This document shows positions 1 to 13,148 of a DNA stretch of 64,000 nucleotides, in pieces; the stretch's first letter is position 1; each line of letters opens with the position of its first letter. The translations under genes and the position numbers were made by a program. Origin of the DNA: Eledone cirrhosa. Lineage: Eukaryota. Location of the stretch: NCBI GenBank assembly GCA_964016885.1, contig CAXHJY010000511.1, positions 62,001 through 126,000 on the forward strand, given 5' to 3'. The notes beneath the pieces were generated by a model that had not been told where the DNA came from, did no database searches, and saw only the letters and a program-made list of their open reading frames with translations.

Positions 1-214
1 GCGACCCAAACCATGCAATCGAAAATCAGCATACAGGAGTTTTAACGAAAAAACATTTTAACCTAATAAGAAATGTTTTGAAGATCCAGAACGGAGAAAG
101 CAAGCTTCGCTAACATCAATTTTTTTATATATGATATAAAGATCCTTTATATATATACCAGGTGCGCTTTTCAAACTTTTTTTATTATCATTTTCCACAC
201 TTTTTTTCACTATA

Positions 215-653
<439 letters not shown>

Positions 654-1832
654 CCTGGGTTCAATCGGGGGGTAACCACAGTAAGGTGCTCAATACAGAG
701 CAGAGTGTAAATATTTAATATCGAAAGGGCTTCTACAGGACTAGAACTGTTTCATTCAAAGGAAATCATATATATCACCTCTCTGTTGTAGTCGTGAGAT
801 AACAAATATCTAGTATAACTGCGTAGATATGAATGTTTTTATATGAAAATATGTGCCATGTTGACCTAATGAAAACACCGAACGTTAGATAGCTGAGACA
901 ATCAGTTTAAGAACAAGTATAAACCACCATTGGTGTAGTTTCATAATTCAGTCTACGTAGCTTTAACACTTGTGGATATCGTGTTCCCAAGGAAAGAAGA
1001 GAATTCATTAGCAGCAGTGTTAATGATATGGAAAACAATTGCGAAAGTTCAGCATTTACAGCAACAATAGAGTCGTGTTGTATTTTGTCTTGATTTGTAA
1101 AGTGAACGTCTGTGTCAACTGAGGCATTGGCACACTTAACTACACCCACGAATGCTTGCACGCATACATACATACATACATACATACATACATACATACA
1201 TACATCATAGTCTACAACTGGCTGCGGTAGCTGGCACCTTCAAAATTTGCAAAACATTCTTGCGATTGAAGGGATGACAATTTCTTTTCTTTTACAACCT
1301 TGCCACCAGGAAGGTGGCCGGTCAAAAAAATATACTCGAAATTAAGAGAAAGAGAAAACATACATACATACATACATACATACATACATACATACATACA
1401 TACATACCCACACACATATATATATATATATACATACATACATACATACATACATACATACATACATACATACATACATACATACATACATACATTCATA
1501 CGTACATATACACATTCGTACTTACATTCATGCAAACATACAAACATAATGTAAAACATTCCAAAAATTCTGCATCTAATAACTGCATATACACTTGTAC
1601 AGATACAAAGCGTATGCACATACACACATACAACTCAAAACATCCACATCCACACATACAATAACATCCATACCTGCATATGCAGACATGCATACATAAT
1701 CTACCTAGTTGATGTTGTGTGAATTCCAATGAGAGAGTCTTGTGTCTATGTTAGAAACCGACTCTCTCTCTATTGGTAAACATTTGTGAAATTATAAAAC
1801 CAGAAGAACATACATACATACATACATACATA

Positions 1833-2188
1833 CATGGTGGCTGCCAACTCGTTTTCGAGTACGGCCACTACTTTATATCCATGTAGGAGAACCCCTACCG
1901 ATGCACTGAACGAGTGTGACTTTTTAGTCCAGCCAGCGACTTGAAAACTCTGGTACAAACACTACACCTGTGACAATTATTGACACACAGTGCTGGGCCC
2001 ATGGTACCATGTGAGGACAAGTGCAGAGAGATCTCCAGATATAAAGCAATGCCTGTGCCGTGAAGCTTTTATAGCGAGCAAAGGCACTGCACAAAGCCAG
2101 TCCCACTCTCTTAACCAAGATGATATTTACCAAAAAGAAGAACAAGTCAACATCATTGGATACCATCAGGGTTGCAGGTGTTATATCA
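1833..2188 (-). mobile_element. Non-autonomous interspersed repeat, partial copy inverted relative to 3159-3514
   Basis: Reverse complement of 3159-3514 with about 6 mismatches. Ends in (TATG)n on the - strand. Confidence 0.8.
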
Positions 2189-2435
2189 TACATACATAGA
2201 TATATATATACACATAGATACATACATACATACATACATACATAGATACATACATACATACATACATACATACATACATACATACATACATACAAGCAGG
2301 GAAAAGCGGACGTATGATGATGATGATGATGATGATATACATACATACACACATACATATACATACATACATACGTACATACATACATACATATATACAT
2401 ACGTACATACATACATACATAGATACATACATACA

Positions 2436-2469
<34 letters not shown>

Positions 2470-2683
2470 CATACGTACATACATACATACATACATACAT
2501 ACATACATACATACATAGATACATACATACATACATACATACATAGATACATACATACATACATACATACATACATACATACATACATACATACATACAT
2601 ACAAATATAAAATGTCATACTGATCTTTAATACTTGGTGGTTCTTTTTAATTCCACGGGTCAACTAGTTTACTCTTCTTTCAG

Positions 2684-2793
2684 GTTTTGTTCTGGAAGAT
2701 GAAGAGAATATAATCCCAGATGAAATTCTGTTGTTGAATGGCAAATGTCTCGATGAATATAACTATGTTGACGTGAAAAACCATATCCAGGAT
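2684..2793 (+). CDS. MPP5: MPP5/PALS1 (Stardust) internal exon, N-terminal PDZ-like domain (part)
   Basis: Polypyrimidine acceptor ctcttctttcag| and donor GAT|gtaggt. Translates (x)FVLEDEENIIPDEILLLNGKCLDEYNYVDVKNHIQD, matching the PDZ 'DEILxxNG..L....V...I' pattern. Ends in phase 0, compatible with the exon at 6046. Confidence 0.75.
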
Positions 2794-2902
2794 GTAGGTA
2801 TAAGTATACGGATTTTCTATGTATGTATGTATGTATGTATGTATGTATGTATGTATGTATGTATGTATGTATGTATGTATGTATGTATGTATGTATGCTT
2901 AT

Positions 2903-3514
2903 GTCAGGTCACCAGTTGGTGCTATTGGTAACATGTATCCCAATACAACCTGTCTCATGGTCGGGTCGTTGGCGACTAAACTGGCAACCCCACTAAGGTT
3001 TCTTGGTGAGGAGAGTGACTTTGGACATGCTGCAGGACTAAAAACAAAACCTGTCAAAGGGCAAAGGAGCTCTTAAGAGTCAATGGCCATCCAAAATCAC
3101 CGGGAGAGATGACCCCTTAGCCTTTGTCAATGGCAGAATTCTAGGAGAAGGAAAACTCTGATATAACACCTGCAACCCTGATGGTATCCAATGATGTTGA
3201 CTTGTTCTTCTTTTTGGTAAATATCATCTTGGTTAAGAGAGTGGGACTGGCTTTGTGCAGTGCCTTTGCTCACTATAAAAGCTTCACGGCACAGGCATTG
3301 CTTTATATCTGGAGATCTCTCTGCACTTGTCGTCACATGGTACCATGGGCCCAGCACTATGTGTCAATAATTGTCACAAGTGTAGTGTTTGTACCAGAGT
3401 TTTCAAGTCGCTGGCTGGACTAAAAAGTCACACTCGTTCAGCGCATCGGTAGGAGTTCTCCTACATGGATATAAAGTAGTGGCCGTACTCGAAAACGAGT
3501 TGGCAGCCACCATG
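2903..3514 (+). mobile_element. Non-autonomous retroposon-like repeat inserted in (TATG)n; related partial copy at about 3528-3975
   Basis: Shares its 5' part (ggtaacatgta.cc.a.tacaacc...ggcaacccc) with the adjacent copy, has a (TATG)n tail and no coding capacity. Confidence 0.6.
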
Positions 3515-4262
3515 TATGTATGTATATGTCGGGTCACTCTTGAGTGCTACTGGTAACATGTAACCCAGTACAACCTGTTGCATGGTCGGTTCGTCGGCAA
3601 CTAAACCGGCAACCCCACCAAGTTTACTTTGCGAGAAGGGTGATTTTGGACACCCTGCTGGACAAAAAACAAAACCTGACAAAGGGCGGAAGAACAGTCA
3701 ACGGCCATCCAAAAATGTGTAAATATGTATATACACATGTACATATGTATGTATATGTATATATGTATATGCATGTGTGTGTATATGCGTGAGGACATAG
3801 AAATAATCGGGCTGGATACCCGATCACGTGGTTAAACCACTGGGAGTGAAGGACCCCTAGCCTTTGTCAGGGCATTCTTCTAGGAGAAGGCAACTCAGGA
3901 AACTGGGATAACTCCGATATAAAACCTGCAGCTCACTAGTTACCGATGATGTTGATATTTTCATCTTTTCGGGTTATAGCTACTGTCGCTCATTTTTTTT
4001 TAAATTTAGCTAAGTGAACCGGAGCAACATGAAATAGAGTGTCTTGCTGAAGGACACAACGCACAGCCCAGTCGAGGAATCGAATTCACAACCTCAGGAT
4101 TGTGAACCCAACACTTTAATCTGTAAGCCAAGGTTGTGGTAAAGCGTTGCACCTGGAATAACAATTGAATTATCCAAAACACGAGATAATTATAAAAAAA
4201 GTTATAAAATTGTGACCCAGTTTTAAAACTCGTTTTAATATATGGGTTAATGTGTGTCTGTG

Positions 4263-4328
<66 letters not shown>

Positions 4329-4469
4329 AGTCTATTTCTGTGTGAGTGTGTTTGTGAAATATATACACACACACATATATAAAGGTGTGTTTATTATTTC
4401 CATCCACCGCCAGTTTATCTACAAAACCTTACCTCTCCCCACCACCCGTATCACCGGTATTGTTACTGT

Positions 4470-4990
4470 AGGCAGTAGATTGGCAGAATCAGTAGAGCGT
4501 TGGACAGCTTGCTTAGCGGTATAGAGTTACAGCCCTTTACATTCTAAGTTCAAATCCTGTCGATGTTAACTTTGCCTTTCATCCTTACAGGGTTGATAAA
4601 ATGAAGTACCAGTTATTGCACTGGTGTCGATTTAATCCAAATATTGTTTGGATTGGCAGTATCGGTAGAGGGCCGGACACCATGCTTTGCAGCACAGAGT
4701 TACGCCCCTTTACTGTCTGAGTTCAAAATAAAGTACCAGTAATGCACTGGGGTAATTGCTGGACTTGTGCCAAAAGTCGAAACAATTATTACTGTGGTCA
4801 TTGGATTGGCAGGATCGGTAGAGCGTCTGACACAATGCTTTGCAGTATAGAGTTACGGCCCTTTACGTTCTGAGTTCAAATCCCGCCGAGGTTAGCTTTG
4901 CCTTTCATCCTTACGGAGTCGATAAAATAAAGTACCAGTAATGTACTGGGTAATTGCTGGCCTTGTGCCAAAAGTCGAAACAATTATTTT
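4470..4990 (+). mobile_element. Three tandem tRNA-derived SINEs (MetaSINE-type core)
   Basis: Head with A box (tggcag..tcggtaga) and B box (gagttcaaatccc), then core ttgcctttcatccttacggggtcgataaaataaagtaccag. Confidence 0.8.
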
Positions 4991-6045
4991 TGTGGTCAAC
5001 TTCCTCGTCAATGCCTCCCACACAGACACCACCATCATCACCACCACCACCATCTACACTCCTCCACCACCTTCTTCACCTTTACAAACAATCACTATCA
5101 ACACCAACACCTCCACCCCACCACCATGAATAACATTCCCCCACCATCACCACCTTTACAATCACCACCAATACCCCCCTCCCTCCCCCACCACCTTTAC
5201 AATCAACACCAACTCCTCCACCGCACCACCAATATCAACCCTACCACCACTACCACCACCTTTACAATCACCACCAACTCCTCCACCGCACCACCAATAG
5301 CCCCCCCCCCCACCACCACCACCTTTACAATCACCACCAACTCCTCCACCGCACCACCAATACCCCCCTCCCTCCCCCACCACCTTTACAATCACCACCA
5401 ACTCCTCCACCGCACCACCAATATCAACAACACTCCCGCCCCCCTCGCCACCATCACCTTTATAAACAATCAACAGCAGCACCACCACCTTCACAAACAA
5501 TAACCATCACTAATGGCCTCCCCCCTCCCCCCCTCTCTTCTTACACCGTCACTACCTTCCGCCATGTTGAAGTGAACACAACTTACCTGTACGCCCATCC
5601 GTTGAAAGTCTCCTCTTGGTTTTATATTACCTCTGACAGGGAGATTTCCTTATTTGAAATTAACTTACTTTTTATACAATGGACATTTCTTTTCTTTTTT
5701 TTTCCTAACAAAAAAAAACAACAACCCCCATAAAACAACAGCCCATTTATCACACACAAACACACAATATATATTCGACAAATTTACTATAATTTTTATA
5801 CCATATCTTTATAGTTGGCACCTGTTAGTGAAAGACGAGAGCTAGGCTGTCCTTATTACACGATTGGCTCAACCAGTCACCTTCTCAACAGTTAAAACAT
5901 TAAAAAAAATATTAATACTAAGTGAACTATTTTTTCCACCTGTTTGTAATTTACAGGGGTTTTTTATTTTAAAGTGAAGTCCAGTTTCTGTGTGAGCGTG
6001 TGTGCACCCTTCTACAGCGTACTAATATTTTCTTCTGTATTTCAG

Positions 6046-6103
6046 TGCATTCACTTTGGATATATATACTTACATGTTAAAACATTATTACCGGGTACTA
6101 TTG
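6046..6103 (+). CDS. MPP5: MPP5/PALS1 exon, end of N-terminal PDZ-like domain
   Basis: Branch-like tactaat, acceptor ttctgtatttcag| and donor ATTG|gtgagt. Translates CIHFGYIYLHVKTLLPGTI. Phase 0 in, phase 1 out, matching both neighbouring exons. Confidence 0.75.
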
Positions 6104-6175
6104 GTGAGTATTCGACTTTGTCTTCGTTCTTTCTGTTACTTGATGATGTTGTTAACACTTGTTATATATAAATAA

Positions 6176-6236
<61 letters not shown>

Positions 6237-6271
6237 CATACTTACTTATATGGATCTCTATAAAACATACA

Positions 6272-6321
<50 letters not shown>

Positions 6322-6346
6322 TTATATAGATCTCTATAAACATACA

Positions 6347-6387
<41 letters not shown>

Positions 6388-6417
6388 CACACTTCTATGG
6401 ATCTCTATAAACATACA

Positions 6418-6476
<59 letters not shown>

Positions 6477-6764
6477 CATACATATATGGATCTCTATAAA
6501 CATACAAACTATATATATATATACATACATACTTATATAGATCCCTATAAACATACAAACTATATATATATATATATACACACTTCTATGGATCTCTATA
6601 AACACAAACTATATATACATATTATACATACACACTTCTATGGATCTCTATAAACACAAACTATATATACATATTATACATACACACTTCTATGGATCTC
6701 TATAAACACAAACTATATATACATATTATACATACATACTTATATGGATCTCTATAAACATACA

Positions 6765-6803
<39 letters not shown>

Positions 6804-6974
6804 CTTCTATTGATGTATATAAACATGCAAACTATATATATATATATACACACATCAAGGGTGGTGCCCCAGCATGGCCTCAGCCGGATGGCTGAATCAG
6901 GTAAAAGTGTAAAAGAGTATTAACACACGTACACAGTTATATGTATGTATATAAACACACACAAACACACAATA

Positions 6975-7017
6975 TCCTGATGATTTCTCTCGAATGAAAC
7001 AGTTCTAGCCCTGTAGA
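6975..7017 (+). ncRNA. Hammerhead ribozyme core (family A copy)
   Basis: CTGATGA-t-TTC(tctc)GAA-t-GAA-ACAG(ttctagcc)CTGT-A. Loops differ from the copy at 443 while the stems are conserved. Confidence 0.65.
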
Positions 7018-7101
7018 AACCATTTCTATATTAAATATTTATACTCTGCTTTGTATTGAGTACCTTACTTACTGTGGTTACCTCCGATTGAACCCGGGAT
7101 A

Positions 7102-7154
<53 letters not shown>

Positions 7155-7794
7155 GTGTGTGTTTTGTGTTTGTGTACGTCTATACACGCACACACCCGTA
7201 TATGTATATATATATATATAACGAAGGAGTTGTGGTAAGAAACCAGATGGGCCATAACGCACCAGAAATAGCTGTCGAAACGGCTTGAGCTCTGCCGTCG
7301 GGGTCAGACATTTTCCTATATATATATACGTGTGAGTGTGTTTTGATCAGGTTTAAATTTTCCAGGAAAGACATGTATCTCCACTCCTAAATTTTCATTC
7401 CTGAAAAACTTTCAAATAAATAATCATATTTTGTTTACTTTTATTTTCTTTTTAATAAGAAATGTCTTCTTTTCGACAATTCTAGCTTAGTAAGTAACTT
7501 AATTATTAAGTTAACTAACTTAATTAATCTTTTTTAATTAGTCCAGTCTGTTTCTTAATAACAATAATAAAAATCTAATAAATTAAGATCTTGTGTTAAT
7601 CACCTGTGTTCAACGGTGGTCTGAAAAAAAAAAGGAAAACTAGTCTCTAATAATATAGGTACCGGTCTTTTTGTAGTGTCCCCTATATGAAGGCCACTAG
7701 GGCATACATATAGGGGACATTACAAAAAGAGGGATACTGTAGTGGTGGTGGGGGTTACAATAAAATCGGGTAAAACAAAACTAGTCTATAATGA

Positions 7795-8105
7795 TAGTTT
7801 CTGATTTAGGCACAAAACCAACAATTTTTTAGGGGGGAAAGGGGAAAGTCGATTAAATCGACCCCACTGGTACTTTATTTATCGACCCTGTAAAGTAAAG
7901 CTAGCCTTGTCAGGATTTTAACTCAGATCGAAAAGGGAGGTAACTCTATGTCATAAAACTTCCGACGTTCCACTGATACTACTAATAATAACTGTTTCTA
8001 CTTTAGGCACAAGGCCAGCAATTATCTCAGTGTATTACTGGTACTTTATTTTATCGATCCCCATAAGGATGAAAGGTAAAGTCAACCTCGGCAGGATGTG
8101 AACTA
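7795..8105 (-). mobile_element. Degenerate SINE copies of the same family
   Basis: ctggtactttattttatcgatccc...ggatgaaaggtaaagtcaacctcggcagg is the reverse complement of the SINE core. Confidence 0.7.
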
Positions 8106-8429
8106 ATAATAAGAAACCTTAGTAATTATTGAAGTAGTGCGTGTGTTTGAAATTTGAAAATGTGAGAATCCCAAATGCTGAAATATTCAAGAGATATCAG
8201 GTTTCGTTCCTTGTAGTCGCCTCTGTCCACTTTTCCCCGTCTCTAAGGATAATTCACCTGATTTTTCCAGCTACAGTGGAAGATTATTGTTGTTGTTTAT
8301 CCAAATGTATTTCCATCAGTAAATTGAGGTTTATGATAGTAGAATTAATTTAATACAAAAAGAAGAAAAAAATAGATTGGAGAAGAAACAATGGAATGTA
8401 AAATAAGGAATTTAAAAAAAAATGAAAAG

Positions 8430-8790
8430 GAAGGGAAAGGCTTGGGCTCTAGTGTCACAGAAGAATAGGGAGTAGGAAGGGGGGCGATGGGCTCTGAGCC
8501 TAGGACGCGGCGGTGATGAAGCTGCGCCTCGCGAGGCAAGATCGCAAAAGCATTCCCGTGGACAATGGTCAGTGATACCCCCTCCAACAGCCACCCACCC
8601 TTGCAGGGCTCCTTCCTCAGACGGGCCGCTGACGTTCCGATCTTGCGGAGGAGGTGCCCGGCAGTACGGGGTCCAAGTACGCCTGAGCTCTCGACGGCGA
8701 CCGGTGTGAATAGTAAGCGGCCCGACAATCCCCTTTCCACTTGCATAGCGGGCCGCAGTAGCGGGGTTTGTAGCCGAAGAGACTAAGTTT
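8430..8790 (-). mobile_element. 3' fragment of a restriction-like-endonuclease non-LTR retrotransposon (CRE-like)
   Basis: Translates FTPVAVESSGVLGP...LLRKIG...VSLTIVHGNAFAIL, matching the C-terminal 'F.P.AVE..G..G....SIAI.RGNA..IL' motif. Adjacent to (CA)n/(CACG)n. Confidence 0.7.
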
Positions 8791-8824
8791 GCGACTTGTA
8801 CATTTGTACACACACACACACACA

Positions 8825-8868
<44 letters not shown>

Positions 8869-8920
8869 CATACACATATACGATATTAACAAATGGAAAC
8901 TATATTTATAAAACCATATT

Positions 8921-8985
8921 TATTTCATTATACATATTTCAAGGACACCAAGTTAAATTATGGTGTGCTTTCATCAGATAAAATA
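8921..8985 (-). ncRNA. Complete minimal type I hammerhead ribozyme (family E)
   Basis: Minus strand reads tattttat-CTGATGA-aagcacacca(taatttaact)tggtgtcctt-GAA-atatgtat-A-atgaaata: 8-bp stem I, 9/10-bp stem II, near-palindromic short stem III. Confidence 0.72.
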
Positions 8986-9145
8986 TAATATAGATCAGTT
9001 TTATAAATATAGTTTCCATTTGTTAATATATCGTATGTTTACTCCGAATACTTGTTGAGTGCTTTATATCAGTTATAAAAATATTTGCTTGTTGTATCCC
9101 AACAATTTAAATAGAACTTTTACATATATATATATATATATATAT

Positions 9146-9345
9146 ATAGGAAAAGAGTCAGGACCCCGACGGCTGAGCTCTGGCCGTTTCGACAGCTAGA
9201 TACTGCTGGCTTATTTCGGATCTAGCTGTCGAAACGGCCGGAGCTCAGCCGTCGGGGTCCTGACTCTTTTCCTATTACCCACTCTACTACCCCAAGTATC
9301 GAGTACTCTGGTGCGTTATGGTCCACCTGGTTTCTTACCACACAG
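9146..9345 (+). mobile_element. Short fold-back element, family B (3' half of a hammerhead core)
   Basis: Inverted arms about 9146-9201 and 9220-9275, containing GAA-ACGGC(cggagctca)GCCGT-C. Copies at about 7220-7320, 10550-10730, 22485-22680, 37513-37650 and 40775-40825, all beside (TA)n or (CA)n. Confidence 0.6.
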
Positions 9346-9362
9346 TCTTTGTTGAGACTTAT

Positions 9363-9407
<45 letters not shown>

Positions 9408-10219
9408 AATATATATATTATAACGAGAAAGTAAATATTTTGTACCTCCTTACTAGATGGTGATAAATGAGGATCGGCGAATGACCTCCTACCTGTGTGT
9501 ATTTTAGAAACAAATTTGCTGAATTAGTGTTTGTTGCTCTTGATAATGAATTGATGGTTGTTTTTGCTTTTGCTTCCCCCTTTTTTCTTTCTCTCCGCCT
9601 TGATCATATATTTTGGTGCATTTTATTTGTGAGATTCCTAGCAATAGTTAATTGTATTTATGTGTTTATATTTTCATTCTAAAAGAATGGTGAGCAATTT
9701 GTAATGTTATTTGTGTATATATATATATTTAAATCTTAATAAAACCTCCAATTTATTCTCGTATTTTAAGAATGGTGAGCAATTTGTAATGTTATTCATG
9801 TATTTATTTAAAACTTAATAAAACCTCCAATTTATTCTCGTATTTAATCATTAATTAATTAGCTCAATTATTCGAGTATTTATTCCTAATTAAACACCAC
9901 CTGTACCGCCTACAGCTCTCTCTTTCTTACACAACATATGTTATTGTTGTTTGGGTTTTTTTTAGATTTGAGCCACACAATTATGACATAAATATATTCA
10001 ATTGTTTGAATTTAAAAGCAAAGGTAAAAGCTGATTAGACGCCCATTAGTAGGAAATGAGTAAATTAACCCATCCTAGGCTGGTATGTGCTATCCGAGGT
10101 AGCGGGTCAGAGGAAACTAATAAACCAGTCATACAGTTGTAACCTAAAAGGCGTGGTTTGTTAATCAACCCTCTTCAAACATAAATTATAGTCTTCTTTC
10201 TCATAAGTTATTATTAGTT

Positions 10220-10405
10220 TCAGTATCGGTAGAGGGTCGGACGTCATGCCATGCTTTGACACATAGAGTTACGGCCCTTGTCATTCTGAGTTCAAATCCC
10301 GCCGAGGTTAACTTTGCCTTTCATCCTTACGGGGTCGATAAAATAAAGTACCAGTAATGTACTGGAGTAATTGCTGGCCTTGTGCCAAAAGTAGAAACAA
10401 TTATT
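10220..10405 (+). mobile_element. tRNA-derived SINE (MetaSINE-type)
   Basis: Same head and core. Further + copies at about 16490-16600, 32090-32280, 32977-33167, 46413-46635, 47281-47500, 47515-47735, 51826-52045, 55059-55236 and 59735-59785 (head only). Degenerate - copies at about 38165-38280 and 42150-42245. Confidence 0.85.
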
Positions 10406-10820
10406 AGTTTTTGAAAACTTTGTTCAACATATTCCAATGTTTTTTTGTTTGTTTGTTTGTTTTGTTTGTTTTATTATTGTGGAAATTCTTCAGCCGTCTC
10501 CTCCATCTATCTAATCGACACACATACACACACATAGATATGTATCAGATAGGGTATGGTAAAAATCAGGTAGACCATAACCTACTAAAGTACTCGATAC
10601 TTGGGGTAGTAGAGTGGGTAATATGAAAAAATTCAGGATCCCGACGACTGAGCTCCTGCCGTTTCAACAGTTAGATCCGAACCTTTCGGATCTAGCTGTC
10701 GAAACGGTCGGGGTCCTGAATCTTTTCATATATACATCCGTATGTGGTTGACGGCTGAGACAAAGGAGTACTCAATGCCGAAGTAGAGTTTTAATATTCA
10801 ATATTATTAATGCTAATAGT

Positions 10821-10870
10821 TATTGTCTGATGACCCTGTGATAAACAGGTGAAACTCCAGAGTAACAAGA
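10821..10870 (+). ncRNA. Minimal type I hammerhead ribozyme (family D)
   Basis: ttgt-CTGATGA-c-CCTG(tgataaa)CAGG-t-GAA-ACTC(ca)GAGT-A-acaa. Flanked by an inverted repeat (atattcaatat..taatgctaa / ttagcatta..atattgaatat). Confidence 0.72.
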
Positions 10871-10965
10871 TTCACTTTTTAGCATTAAAGATATTGAATA
10901 TATATATATATAATGTGTATATATATGATTTCTCCCGAATGAAACAGTTCTAGTCCTGCAGAAAC

Positions 10966-11011
<46 letters not shown>

Positions 11012-11019
<8 letters not shown>

Positions 11020-11230
11020 TAAAATAACAGATTAAAGTTTAAGCAAAGAATCGCTGCTTTCACCCTTAACGGGATCTTCTGAAGATCCCGTTAAGGGTGA
11101 AAGCAGCGATTCTTTGCTTAAACTTTAATCTGTTATTTTAATAAATATTTGCTCTACGGTTCTTATATATTTGATATATATTTTCCTTATCGAGCCCTCT
11201 TTGGATTTTAGTCTTCAATTTTATTATTAT

Positions 11231-11232
<2 letters not shown>
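11012..11232 (+). mobile_element. Short Penelope-like element, family C, 137-bp palindrome with hammerhead core
   Basis: Palindrome 11012-11148 centred at 11080. Core CTGAAGA-t-CCC(gttaa)GGG-t-GAA-AGCA(gcgattctt)TGCT-T at 11079-11119. (TA)n on both sides. Confidence 0.65.
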
Positions 11233-11288
<56 letters not shown>

Positions 11289-11413
11289 GAATTAGAATTT
11301 AGTTTCAGGCATAGTTGTATACAGATATGTATTGGAATTTCGTATTTCTAATGAAATACGGTATGTTTAAAATAAACATTTAGAGAGCCGTAGCTATGCC
11401 AAAACACCACCGG

Positions 11414-11454
<41 letters not shown>

Positions 11455-11673
11455 TATGTCATTTATTTTGTCTGACCTGTTTAGCTTGATTTGTTTTTTG
11501 GCTTAGGAGGTTAATGGATTCTCGACCGCCTTCTCAGTTTGTATGGCCTTTATAACCTATGTTTATTGCTCTGGTCTTTTTAGCCCATGGAGCACTTGCT
11601 AACATGACTTGGAATTTGCGTTACGCTTCGCTTTTTCTATCCGCCGAAATGCGATTCTTGCTGAATTTATATT

Positions 11674-11723
<50 letters not shown>

Positions 11724-11792
11724 ATATATATATATACACACACAATATATATATACACACACACAATATATATCTATATATACACACACACA

Positions 11793-11823
<31 letters not shown>

Positions 11824-11850
11824 ATATATATATATATACACACACACACA

Positions 11851-11973
<123 letters not shown>

Positions 11974-11982
11974 ACACCACCA

Positions 11983-12191
11983 GATCTCTCTCTCTCTGTT
12001 TATGAAGGTACCCAGAAAAACCCCATATCTCGGGAACGTGTGCTCCATTTTACGCGAAACTTGTTTTATTCCATTTGTATCCCCATTTCAGGGTCAACTT
12101 CCTTTCAAAGTATTTTCCCATTATGCGCCCTTCTGGCTGTATTACATTACAGACAAGCAAGCAATCACAGAGTTTTTAGTAGTATATAGAT
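11983..12191 (-). mobile_element. Possible non-autonomous Helitron-like fragment
   Basis: Minus strand begins atctatactactaaaaactctgtgattgcttgcttgtctg (TC start followed by a short microsatellite) and there is an internal tatctcgggaacg. Recalled resemblance to small Helitron/Helentron elements only. Confidence 0.4.
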
Positions 12192-12864
12192 AGGTAGATA
12201 ACATTATTACACGATGACTCAATATTTTTATATACGAGATTAATTTATAAGCTATTTTTCTCTCTCTTTATTTTCTCCTTTGACCCGGAACATAGTTAAT
12301 TTAGCTGAGGTCATTCGATGTTATTTTTGTCTCATTCTCTTCACGTTTTCTCTTTAAAGATGGATTTAATTACAAAAATTAAAATTAATAGATCAGAAAC
12401 AATTAAAAATAGGTATTTGTTTGTATTATCACACCCGTCTCCTAGATGTGTGTTATGGAGTTCTCGGGTGGTGGAACCACAGAAAAACTATTTACAACTG
12501 TTTTAAATGCCATATTCGTTAAAAACACATAAAAAAAACATAAATTTCACCTTTAAAGTTCTAACCAAACCTACTAATTAACTGACCATCCTTTAGATTA
12601 ATGTTTTTCTTTTTACTATTACACCTGTCTCCGAGATGGTTGTAATAATAAAACTGCCTGTTTTTCGTTATTATTGCTGTTTAGCCCTAGGCTGGTCTTG
12701 AACGAGCAGTCGTATGATTAAAGACTTCTCAGCTGTGATAGTTTCGTCCTTCTTTCTCTAGAACTATATTAAGTGTGCTGCTCTTCAGTCTATTTTAACC
12801 TCTGTCACTTTTAAACCATATTTTCTTTTTTCAAGACTATATATACATATATATATATATCCAA

Positions 12865-12916
<52 letters not shown>

Positions 12917-12929
12917 TTATGACCCCCCC

Positions 12930-12962
<33 letters not shown>

Positions 12963-13115
12963 CACATACACACTTAATCTAATACCTAACACCTTTCGTG
13001 ACTACTCCTTGTTGTTATTTACTTTTCCTATATATATATTTATAAATACACACACATACACACACACACAAGATATCGTTTTCCGTTTCTCTAGTTCAGG
13101 GTGTATGTATGTGTG

Positions 13116-13148
<33 letters not shown>

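Noticed and set aside
907-1350. Non-repetitive ORF-like stretches near the window start
   Set aside because: No recognisable motif or convincing splice-site pair.
2903-3700. HDV-like or twister ribozyme at the 5' end of the repeat
   Set aside because: I could not fit the required pseudoknot topology by eye.
4470-4560. tRNA genes
   Set aside because: The A/B-box-like heads are always fused to a SINE core and do not form a cloverleaf.
5587-5598. MGVQ as the start of FKBP12 or an XPG-family gene
   Set aside because: Four codons are not diagnostic, and no matching downstream exon was found in the window.
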